A stretch of 64,000 nucleotides of DNA from positions 32,001 through 96,000 of IMG/VR virus record IMGVR_UViG_3300035498_000621. The stretch is one strand, 5' to 3'. The first letter of the stretch is position 1. Each line of letters opens with the position of its first letter. The stretch is from a virus (lineage: Duplodnaviria > Caudoviricetes). Below, piece after piece: positions 28,906 through 39,209 of the stretch. The notes beneath the pieces were generated by a model. That model saw nothing but the letters and a program-made list of their open reading frames with translations, ran no database searches and was not told the origin of the DNA. The position numbers and the translations under genes were made by a program.

Positions 28906-29441
28906 CAATTAATTCAAATGAAGCTATTAAAATCGGATTGTTTTTAAAACAAAATGGTTGGTATAAATATATTAAAACTGAAAAGGGAACTTTATGGCGA
29001 CATCATTTTAGTAATTTATATATTACTTCTTTAGATGGACGATTTAGTATTAATAAACATAAAATATTTCCTTATTATAAACAATCTGTAACTACTTTTA
29101 ATTCCTTCTATACTAAATATGTAGAAGGAATTAGAAGTGAATTAAAAATTATTTATGGTGTAAATGAATCATTTTATCATTGTACTGAATGTGGAATAAT
29201 AATTGATGATAGCATACCTATATCTCCATTTTTTAAAAAGAAAAAAGATTGTTTAAATTATATTAATATTCATGAATCTATTAGTAGTAATAGTATATTA
29301 ATTCCAAATATTTATTCTGTATATGATAGATATGATGAAAATGCACCAGGTGTATTTCTTATGGATCAAATAAAAAATGAATATTTAGATAAATTAAATG
29401 ATGACATTAAACAACCTTTTTATCAAAATTTAATGAAATGA
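28902..29441 (+). CDS. Hypothetical protein
   Basis: ATG at 28902 overlaps the upstream stop. Confidence 0.65.
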   Translation: MTINSNEAIKIGLFLKQNGWYKYIKTEKGTLWRHHFSNLYITSLDGRFSINKHKIFPYYKQSVTTFNSFYTKYVEGIRSELKIIYGVNESFYHCTECGIIIDDSIPISPFFKKKKDCLNYINIHESISSNSILIPNIYSVYDRYDENAPGVFLMDQIKNEYLDKLNDDIKQPFYQNLMK

Positions 29442-30127
29442 AAATATATGCTTTATCAGATCTTCATGGAACTTTACTTCCTGTAGAAGATTATTTTAAA
29501 CCTTGCGAATTAGTTTGTATATGTGGAGATATTTCACCATTAAATATACAAGGTAATTATACACAAATGAGATATTGGTTAGTAAATAAATTTAAACCTT
29601 GGTGTGAATCATTACCATGTGATAAAGTTATATTTATAGCTGGAAATCATGATTTTGGTTGTTCTAATCTTGATTTTATGTATACGTTATTTCCTAAAGA
29701 TAAAAAAGTAACTTATCTTTTTCATGAAAATTATGTTTATACATCTAAATCTGGTAAAGAATATTCTATATTTGGAACTCCATATTGTAAATTATTTGGT
29801 AATTGGGCATTTATGGAAATAGATGAAATACTTGATAAATTATATCAAGATATACCTGAAAATCTTGATATACTTTTAACTCACGATCAACCATTTGGTT
29901 GGGGCGATGTTTTATTTGATAATGTAGTATGGAATACAGGAGAACATATTGGAAATAAGCCTCTTGCAAAAGCAATTATACAAAAACAACCAAAATATTT
30001 ATTTGTTGGGCATTTACATAGTACAGATCATTCTTGTATTGAAATTGGAGAAACTAAAAGGTATAATGTAAGTATAAAAAATGAAAAATATGATCCCGTT
30101 TATGATCCATTGTTTTTAGAAATATGA
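29438..30127 (+). CDS. Calcineurin-like metallophosphoesterase
   Basis: SDLHG, CGD, GNHD, LTH and GHLH motifs. Confidence 0.9.
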   Translation: MKIYALSDLHGTLLPVEDYFKPCELVCICGDISPLNIQGNYTQMRYWLVNKFKPWCESLPCDKVIFIAGNHDFGCSNLDFMYTLFPKDKKVTYLFHENYVYTSKSGKEYSIFGTPYCKLFGNWAFMEIDEILDKLYQDIPENLDILLTHDQPFGWGDVLFDNVVWNTGEHIGNKPLAKAIIQKQPKYLFVGHLHSTDHSCIEIGETKRYNVSIKNEKYDPVYDPLFLEI

Positions 30128-30324
30128 TGCAAACAGCTACTATATTATCACCTGATGAATCCTGCGTTTTAGGAGTTTTCTATGAAAATGGAAAATTCTA
30201 CGCAGGATATATTTCTAATTCTGGAGTAAATAAAGAATGGAATATAGATTACGATAAAGATTTTACATTTGATGAAAATTTACAATCATTATACGAAATA
30301 ATTGAAAATGATTACCGCAAATGA
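30124..30324 (+). CDS. Hypothetical protein
   Basis: ORF. Confidence 0.6.
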   Translation: MMQTATILSPDESCVLGVFYENGKFYAGYISNSGVNKEWNIDYDKDFTFDENLQSLYEIIENDYRK

Positions 30325-30547
30325 ACTTCATGATATTGCATATTCAGTTAAAAATTGTTTTCCAGATGAATATTTAGATCAATTAGAAAATATATTAATT
30401 GAACGTGCTAAAAAAGGATATACATCATATAGATATTCTTTATCTACTTTTAATGAAAATCAAATATCTGATCTTGAAGAAACTCTTAACTATCATGGAT
30501 ATTCAGTAACAGAATATGATAAACAAATTGTAATTGATTGGGATTAG
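30308..30547 (+). CDS. Hypothetical protein ending in TAG
   Basis: MITANEL...L..HGYSV...IVIDWD*, a natural-looking C-terminus; next ATG at 30549. Confidence 0.65.
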   Translation: MITANELHDIAYSVKNCFPDEYLDQLENILIERAKKGYTSYRYSLSTFNENQISDLEETLNYHGYSVTEYDKQIVIDWD

Positions 30548-30548
30548 T

Positions 30549-30785
30549 ATGAATCAAATATATCAAATGAAAATTAGTTTTGATGAAACTAATTGGTATC
30601 AACTTGAATGGCTAAATATAGAATTTAGAAAATTTGATGAAACTATAAAAAATTGTAACAATATTGAAGAATTAGAATCTAAAATATTAACATCTTTTCC
30701 TAAATCAGAATTAAAATATGAATTTTTAGGTAAAAGAGAGAAAAAGATGTTTAAAGAATCTAAGAAAACTAAGAAAAAGAAATAA
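30549..30785 (+). CDS. Hypothetical protein
   Basis: ATG at 30549; basic tail. Confidence 0.6.
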   Translation: MNQIYQMKISFDETNWYQLEWLNIEFRKFDETIKNCNNIEELESKILTSFPKSELKYEFLGKREKKMFKESKKTKKKK

Positions 30786-30796
30786 ATTTTATTATT

Positions 30797-31204
30797 ATGA
30801 ATAAATATATAATGGTGTCTTGGCCAGAAATTCAAAACTATATGGGGAATCCTAGATGGAAAGAGTGCATCTTTTGTCAAGAAATTGAAGGGCACCCTTG
30901 TCCTGATAATTCATATATGGTTCCTGAAGATTTATATAAAGAAGTAGAAACAATTAAACTTTATCCTGCTGAATTTGATTTACCTATTGGTCATCTTCGT
31001 ATAACAATTGATGGAATAGAACTTGATGGAATAAAATATACTAGAGATGAAAATCAACTTAATAATGGTTCAGAAGTAATTTTATATTCTCCAAATAAAG
31101 GTTATTGGACTACTACTTGTACTTCTTATTCATATGGATTTCCTCCAATTTTTGAAGATAATTCTACATTAATTGATGCTGAAATTCTTGGAATAAAACT
31201 TTAA
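30797..31204 (+). CDS. Hypothetical protein
   Basis: 'V.WPEIQ..M...Y.VPE' motif. Confidence 0.7.
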   Translation: MNKYIMVSWPEIQNYMGNPRWKECIFCQEIEGHPCPDNSYMVPEDLYKEVETIKLYPAEFDLPIGHLRITIDGIELDGIKYTRDENQLNNGSEVILYSPNKGYWTTTCTSYSYGFPPIFEDNSTLIDAEILGIKL

Positions 31205-31513
31205 ATGAAAAATAAAAAAGATATAATAAATCAATATTTAGAGACTCATACAGAAGATTTAGAGTCAAAATGTACGAGTAATCAAAAACATCAAAAAAAT
31301 CAATCTGCAAGTCTGATAGATATTGAAGAAATAGAATATCGACTATATAACTGGGCAGATGAACTTTATTTTATGGACTATTCTGGAACTGGAATTCCAA
31401 AAATTACTATTCCAGAAAAAGGAGTAGAAAATGCAATTAAGTTTTTAAATTCTATATTTCCAACTATTGATAATAAAATAATTTCTGAAATCGTTAAAAA
31501 ATATACTATATGA
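31205..31513 (+). CDS. Hypothetical protein
   Basis: ORF. Confidence 0.6.
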   Translation: MKNKKDIINQYLETHTEDLESKCTSNQKHQKNQSASLIDIEEIEYRLYNWADELYFMDYSGTGIPKITIPEKGVENAIKFLNSIFPTIDNKIISEIVKKYTI

Positions 31514-31971
31514 AATATAAATGTATATCTAAATGTTTTATGGAAGATTCTACAATTATGAGTCCTGGTGATTTTATTACAACAGATGGTAATAAACTTT
31601 ATAATATTACTACAGGATTGTCTTATAATAATATTCCTAATATTAATAATCTTAAATATTGTTTAGAAGCAGTTACAGATGAACCTATTTCAAATTATAA
31701 AACTGATTATGATCTTTTTGTTGATATAACTAAAAATATGTCAGAAACATTTAAAAAGAAGAATCATGATTATGGAAATAGTTTTGAAGAATCTTTAAAT
31801 GAAGAAGGTCTTGCTGCATCTAGAATTAGAATTGGAGATAAATGGAATAGATATAAAACATTATCTAAAGGAATTCAAAAACAAGTAAATGATGAATCCA
31901 TTAGAGATACTTTATTGGATATGGCAAATTATGCTATAATGACAGTAATGTGGCTTGATAAACAAAAATAA
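31510..31971 (+). CDS. DUF1599 (nucleotide-modification-associated domain) protein
   Basis: KKNHDYGNSF..R.GDK..R..ESIRDTLLDMANYAIM. Confidence 0.75.
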   Translation: MKYKCISKCFMEDSTIMSPGDFITTDGNKLYNITTGLSYNNIPNINNLKYCLEAVTDEPISNYKTDYDLFVDITKNMSETFKKKNHDYGNSFEESLNEEGLAASRIRIGDKWNRYKTLSKGIQKQVNDESIRDTLLDMANYAIMTVMWLDKQK

Positions 31972-31975
31972 ATAG

Positions 31976-32029
31976 TAAAGGCATACAGCTTAGGATCAAT
32001 TTCCTAGGTTGTATGCCTTTATTTTTTTT
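31976..32029. terminator. Long bidirectional terminator between the convergent arms
   Basis: ~20-bp stem TAAAGGCATACAGCTTAGGA / TCCTAGGTTGTATGCCTTTA followed by T8. Confidence 0.85.
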
Positions 32030-32210
32030 AAATTATATAATAAAAGTCTTTTCTATTTAATATATCTAAATTATTTGCATCACACCAAAAATCTTTATTA
32101 TTAAAAACTAAAATATTTCTACCATAATCCCATTTAAATATTCCTTCGAAATTAGGAAGTTTTATTAATTTTCCTAATTTTGCTTTAGGTATTATTTCAA
32201 AATATGTCAT
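32028..32210 (-). CDS. Small protein, DUF2829/Tad2-like; last gene of the minus-strand operon
   Basis: MTYFEII.KAK.GK.IKLP.F.G...DIL.R.DF; TAATG-coupled to the upstream gene; no in-frame TAG. Confidence 0.55.
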   Translation of the reverse strand: MTYFEIIPKAKLGKLIKLPNFEGIFKWDYGRNILVFNNKDFWCDANNLDILNRKDFYYII

Positions 32211-35200
32211 TATTCCTATGATTTTCTATATATTGCATGTCCAGTATCTTTAGCAGATCTGCCAAAACCAGTATTATCAAATATTAAATACTTCCAAGTT
32301 TTTTTACCCATAAGTACTTCACCAGTTTCTTTAAGCACTTCTACAGGAGTAGAATAAAATGGAGGATTCATATTTTCTCCAAAAAATTGTATAACATTAA
32401 TTGGGCCTTTAAATTGATCATATGATCTTGAAGATGATTTATATAAAATTTCAGTTACTAAATTCTATAATACTGGATTATCTTTCATTCCTTTTTTATA
32501 TTGTTTGTATGCTGGGTCTACTGCAAATTTAAATAAAGCTGCTAATAAGAATGACATAAGTATATCAGAAATTAATTTTCTCATATTAGCTTTAGCAACA
32601 TCATTTCCTTTTATATATTGATATGTAGCTTTTATTCCATCTTGCTTACACATTCGAGCAGCATCAATAACCGTGTACATAATACCTTGCATAAGTATAG
32701 GAACATTTTTAAGAACAGGAACACCTGTATCTTCGGTAGTTTGTCCGCCATCTTCTGTAAAGAATAAAGGTCTACCTTGCTCATCTGTGTCTTGTTCTGA
32801 AAATAATTTAGATACACCATTTTTTTGAGGTTTCATAAAATATGTATTTACAATACCATTCATCCAAGTAGTAAACATACCAAATAAAGTTCCTAAACAC
32901 ATATTTTCAGACATTGCTTTTTTACCTTTATCGTATGAACCATATATATTATCACCAACTGCACGAATACTCATAATTTCTCTATTAGAATATGGAGTTG
33001 GAAGGTCACCATCAGGTTCTATTGGAGATTCGGGGTGTTCCTAATTATATTCACGTATTTTAGATAAATATAATGAACGTTGTTTTTTATAATCAGGATG
33101 ATTAACGTCTTTAGCTGCTAATCTGTCAAATCGTTTATCTTTTTTCCAATCATAAACAAGGTTATTATCATCATCAATACTATATGCATCCCATACGCCA
33201 TCATGCATACATTTAGCTACAAATAAAGTCATTCTATTTAAAAAATCAGGACTTCTTAAAGTTCCATACATCCAATTATCATAATTAAAAATACCATTAC
33301 GACCAGATTTTGCTCTTTCTGTAATACGACCTACATCAGTATTAGACAAACGATATTTTAAACATAATTTACTTAATAAATTAACTGCCATAGCATTAGA
33401 TGTAGCATGAGTCATAACATATTGATATGCTTTTCTAACAGAAGCAGGATCAATATCTGTATTTAATTTAATAAGAGAACGAATAAAATTTTGTTGAATA
33501 CCTTCAAAGGCATCTCTAAACATTGAAACTACATTACCTCCAAGAAGCATATTAGTTACTACATGTTTAACAGGTTGTACATATCCAACAATTGCTTTTT
33601 CAGTTTTACTCATAATAGATGTATTAAATACATTTACTTTTAAATAGTCTTGTATATATTTAACTTCTTTTTCGACTACTTCTTCATTTCCAGCAAAATT
33701 TCCAGTTAAATGTAATTGTAAAAGTAAAGCTTTAGAGGTAACAAGAAGTTTATTAAGTTGAACAGTTGAAATATGTTTAGCTAGAAAATCTATCATAATA
33801 TTTTCAACATTTGTTTCAAAAAATTCTGGACCATATCCATTTTTTCTATCTAACATTTGTGCCCTCTTTTTAGCAATTTCTGTAGTAGAACTATTACTAA
33901 ATGGAATGCTAACTGAAAATGGATTTGTTAAAGTCATTTTATAAAATTTATCATTATCATTTCCTAAAAGTTCACGTTCTTCTTCAGTAAGATTATTAAC
34001 AAATTCATCAAATGCTTCACTAGCTTTTGTCATTCTTTTCCATGTATTTTTCATTTTAGCAGTAATTGCTTTTGCACTCTATCTAGAAGTAGCTTTTGAT
34101 GCTCTTTCTAATGGAACCCACAAATATTCTTCATGAGCTTTTATATATTCAGGAAGTCTACTATCATTAAAATCATAAGGAAATTTTCCATTATGAGTAA
34201 TCTATGCAATTTGATACAATATTGGTTTAAGCAATTCTCTTTCATGAGGTTTTAAATCATTAGACATATCATATGGATTTTTAAATATCATAAGATTTTC
34301 TCCAGTCATTGTATCTCTTTGATATAAATTATTATACTATTGAGCCTAATTACCAATAGACATATTCTATGCAGCAGTATATCCTGTTTCAGAATAGAAT
34401 TTATCAAATATTGGTCTAACATCTTTATCAAATGTACTTAAGAATTCCGAAGCAATAGTATCATGTGTAATTTGCAAATTGTTAACGACTATTCTAATAT
34501 TTGGATCAGGTACAGTAGCAGCTGTAAACAAATTTTTATTAACTGGATCAAGTTCAGTCTAATATGTAGGAGTTTCTCCAGATAAATTAAGATATGCTTT
34601 TGTTACTAAATCATATAAAATAGCCATATTTCTAGTTTGAGCACTTCCTTCTGTTAAAGTAGTCTTAAAATATTCAGGATCAGCAAATCTTTTATGTATA
34701 TCAAGAATTTGTGTCATTATATATTGCAATGCTTTCATTTGTTCATATTTAGTTTGAGCATTTTCAAGCTAATCAAATCCAAATTCTTCATATTCTGCTT
34801 TTACTTTGTCTGATTTTTTATCAACAATTTTAAGATATTCTTCTAAAATAGCTTCAACAGGATCTACAAATTGAGCAGCTCTAAAATTATTTTCTATTTT
34901 TAATTCATTATTTTCTACAATAGAAATAATAGGCTAAAAATATGTTTTATTAAAATGTGCAATATCAAATTTTCTAAAACTAGAACCTTCAATAGAACTT
35001 AATACTCCTAATGTTCCTAATTTTACATCACCTAACTAAGGTAAAATTTCATTAAGAAGTTCCATTGTTCTTACAGCTTCTATATTACCATAATCACCTC
35101 TTAAATCATTATATTCACCATCAAATTTATGACTTCCTAAAATATTTGTACCTTTTTTAAATCCAGCCTAAGTATTTAAATCAAATGCTGTTAATGATAT

Positions 35201-36772
35201 AATATCAACTACATTATCTTCATTTTCAAAAATAAGTACATTAGCATCAATTAAATCTTTTTTCAATTTCCAACCAGATTCTACAATTTTTCCTTCTGAA
35301 TCTAATTTAGGTAAATATTTATTAAATACTGCATTTAATGTAGTAGCAGAACCTCTTAAACCTTGTATTTTATCAAACATTGGAAATCCATGGTCATAAC
35401 TACTTTCAATTGCTTCTTTTAAACGTTGAGTAGAATAACCTTTTGCATCATCTAAATCAGAAATATATTGCTCTACAACTTTACGTATTTCTTCATTATT
35501 ATTTTTAGATTTAGCTGACTTAATTGTGTGTACAGTTCCATTTATAATAACATCGTAAGCATGATCAGGTTCTCCAACTTCTTTAATTACTAACTATTCA
35601 GTTCCAGTTGGATCAATATTAGGAGCAGCTTTAATCCATGCTCTAGCTGATCTTGCAATACCTTCTGTTCTTATATTAAATTCTGGAAATATTGCTTTAT
35701 TTACTTCATCAGCTCGTTCTATAGGCTTATCAGAAATATGAAAAGGAATAGTAGAACTTTTTATAAAAGCTTTTGCTTGATTTTCAAATTTATGCATCGC
35801 ATATTCAGCATTACTGTGTCTAGTTGAATATACTTTAGTTGGATGAATTGTAACTTTATTTACTTTAGAATAATCTGTATTATATTCTAATTGTACTGGA
35901 ATAATATTAAGAGTCATATTATTAACTTTTAATCCTTTACTAGCTAACATTTGTTTAAGAAATGCAAGTTGATATTTATATTTTTCCTCTTTTGTATTAG
36001 CCCATGTTTTTGGATCAGAAGCTGTAGTTTTAAATAAATAAAGATGTAATGTTCCATCTTCTCCGACAAATAGATAATCTATATGTCCAAGAATTTCTTC
36101 ATCCAATCCTTTAATTTTAGTAATAAGATTAATATTTTTAAAAGCTTTACTTCCACTAATTTTTCCTTTTTCTTTTTTATAAGTATTTTTTAATTCATTA
36201 AATAATTCTGTAAGTACACCAACACTATTTAAAGATTCAGGAATATCATTTTTAACGCTATTTATAAAATCTACATCAGTAGCTGTTTTATTTTGTATAT
36301 TTTCATTTACAAATAGTTTATGTAAAGCAAAAGAATCTTTTTGTATTTGTTCCCAACTTTTTATTATTTCAGCAACTTTTTTCTCTGCTAATTCTCGATC
36401 CATATCTTTAGATAATATATCTATTTGTCTTTTTATATAGTCTTCTCTATTAATAGGAGTAACAAGACGATTACCAGAAGGAAGAGTACAAGATTCACTA
36501 TCTATAAAATCAAGAATAGTTTTAGCTCCTTTTACTTGTGGTTCTCCATTTACTAATGAAGAAACATTAGCTGCTATATCAATTTTAGGAACATATTCAG
36601 CTTTTAATTCTTTAATTTTTTCTATCTATGCTGTTTGAGAAGCAACTCTACTATATACTATATCTGAAATCTTAAGCTTTTTAAAATCAAGATTTAATGT
36701 ATCTAAATGATTTAATAATTCAGTATATGAATTAAATGTCTATCCTTTTAATATATATTTACAATTAACCAT
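32210..36772 (-). CDS. Large virion cargo protein (~1520 aa, TAG read as sense) with a degenerate PD-(D/E)XK-like domain
   Basis: Fragments 32465, 33041, 35168 and 35594 share one frame and end in TAG; ATG at 36772 (MVNCKYILKG), TAA at 32210; GHIDYLFV..LYLFKT..KYKYQLAF. Confidence 0.85.
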
Positions 36773-39209
36773 AACATTGTTCTTTTATTTCACCTTCTCT
36801 AATTTGTTTAGAAATCCAATTTGAATACATACGTGATGTTTTTGTATTTGCAAAATCTAATCCTTTTGTCTAAAGTAATTGAGCTACATCAGAATTAAAT
36901 CTTGTAAATACAGATTCAATAGTTTTACCATAAAAGGATTGTAAATCATCTATTTCATTATTAAATATTATTTTAGTAGCATCTTTCATAAATCTATCCT
37001 AAGATATAAATATTTGTCTTAAATTTGGATCTATAGTTCCCATAACATAATTACTAAATTTTTCAACAAATATTTCTTCCATAAGATCCATTTCAGATAC
37101 TTCATTATATTTTCTTCTAAATCTATCTATTTCTTCTTTAGATAATTTACTTGCAACTAAATACATTAATTGTTCATAATTTTTTCTTAAATTAGGATCT
37201 GTTTTTAATACTCCTAATATTAAGTGAGAATATTCATGAAGTAAATCTGAAGATGATGCAATTGTAGTATTTATATAAATTTCATCATCTTTAATAAATG
37301 CTTTAGATGTATTAGCATTTATTTCTGGAAATTTTTTAGATATTTCTTCTGCTGATAGCATATTTATTTGTACTTTAAAATTTTCTTTAAGTACATCTGA
37401 AATTGCATTCATTAAAAGAATTATTGGAGTTCTTTTCTATTTTTTATATTCATCAATTTTAATAGCATCAGTAGGAATAATTCTATAATAATTTTTATTT
37501 TTACCTTTAATAAAACCTTTAGATTCAATATAATATGCTTTTTTAGGAGCATTATTAATCATATCAACAATTTTCTACATTGTAGAATCCTATCCAGTAC
37601 GTTCTCCAGATGGAACAAGTTCATTTAATTTATAAATAAATATTGTAATTTTTTCAGCATTATCTACTGTTTTAAAAATATTATTTTTAGTTTCTTCTGA
37701 AATATTCCATCCATTTACAATTTTTTTAAATGATGATAAATTTTGTCTGTCTTCTCTAAAAAGTCTATCTTCTCCATTTAGAATTCTAGTTCCTTCAACA
37801 ATAGGAACATCTAACGATTCTATAATAGATCCAACAATTAATGATTGTGAAGTATATAAAGTATATGAATCAAGTTCATCAGTATATTTTATTTGACCAT
37901 CATCATCTTTATAACGATCTCTATATTTAAATTCAAGAAATGCATTCTTTTTAATATCCTATTTTTCAACAGCACTGTCAATATATTTTCTTACCTCTTC
38001 TTCAGAATCATATTTTTTAACTTGATGTTGTTCAGTAAGATACCCTCTAGATGGAATAAATACTTCTTTTTCATTTTCTAAAAATTTATATATTTTATAT
38101 CCTTTATAATCTTCTTTATTAATTATGTCAAATGTATGAATAGTATCATATGAAATTCCATATTTTGATAAAATTGATCTAGGAACAGATTTTAAAAGAA
38201 TTCCTTGATTTGAATTACTTACATATTCTAAAGTAAAGTCAGGTTCTGCTGAAAATAAAGATTGTAATAATGTATAATATCCATATGATTCTTCATTAAC
38301 TTCATCAAATACTTTTGATAATTGTTCTTTTGTTTCTGATGCTGGTTTAGAAAAGAAATTATTAAATTTAGTTTTAGTATCTAATTTTAATTTTTCTAAA
38401 ATTTCTGGATGATAATTTTTTACTGCTGCAAATAAACCATCTAAAGTTAAATATTTTTTATTATTATCAAGATGTGTTATTTGAAGATTAATTGTATTTA
38501 CAAATTCGTCAGAATATGATATTCTATTACTATACTATAAAATAGTATTTAATGTTTTAGTTAAAATAGAATATGCACTACGATTATCTATATATATATC
38601 TTGATATTTACTTCTATTATAATGAAAATCTAGCATTAAATCAAAAATATTATCAATTTTTTTATTATTCTTATCAACTTTTTTATTTTTTTCAATAAGA
38701 ATTTTTTGTAAATCTTGATAATAAGCAGAAGTTTCATCAAAATTAAAAGATTGTTCTTCTAATTGCTATCGCACTCTTAAAAATTCAGCTAATTTCTAAA
38801 CATCTTCTTTAGTACCTTTTACTATAAATAATTCCTTACCTTGTGAATTTATAACTCTATTATAAATACTTCCGCCTTTTGTTGGTAATGTTAATTTATC
38901 TATTAACAATATATTAGCGTCTACATTTTCAGGAAAATCTACAGTATCAAATTCATGTTTTAAAAAATCTAAAGTACAATTTCCTATTAATCCTTCTTTA
39001 TTAATAATATTATTTAAAGAAACTTCTCCTAATTTAGATTGCTTATATAATTTATTATAAATTGAATCACATAATGTTGTATGCTTATCTTTATTATTTA
39101 TAAGAGCGTTTAATATGTCTTGATCAGTAAGTGTAGAAGGATCTGAATCTGTTTCCAGATCCAGATCTATTTCTTCTCCACCAACTGTAAATATTACTTT
39201 ACATTTCAT
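36765..39209 (-). CDS. Virion protein (~814 aa, TAG read as sense) with a C-terminal zincin-like HExxH domain
   Basis: Fragments 36999 and 38796 in frame; ATG at 39209 (MKCKVIF), TAA at 36765; LLHEYSHLI..MEEIFV. Confidence 0.82.

Noticed and set aside
642-30895. Short antisense or off-frame ORFs in the early arm (e.g. 642, 4956, 5065, 5269, 7579, 8823, 16675, 19361, 19732, 22910, 30599)
   Set aside because: Largely or fully overlap well-supported plus-strand genes and lack independent signals
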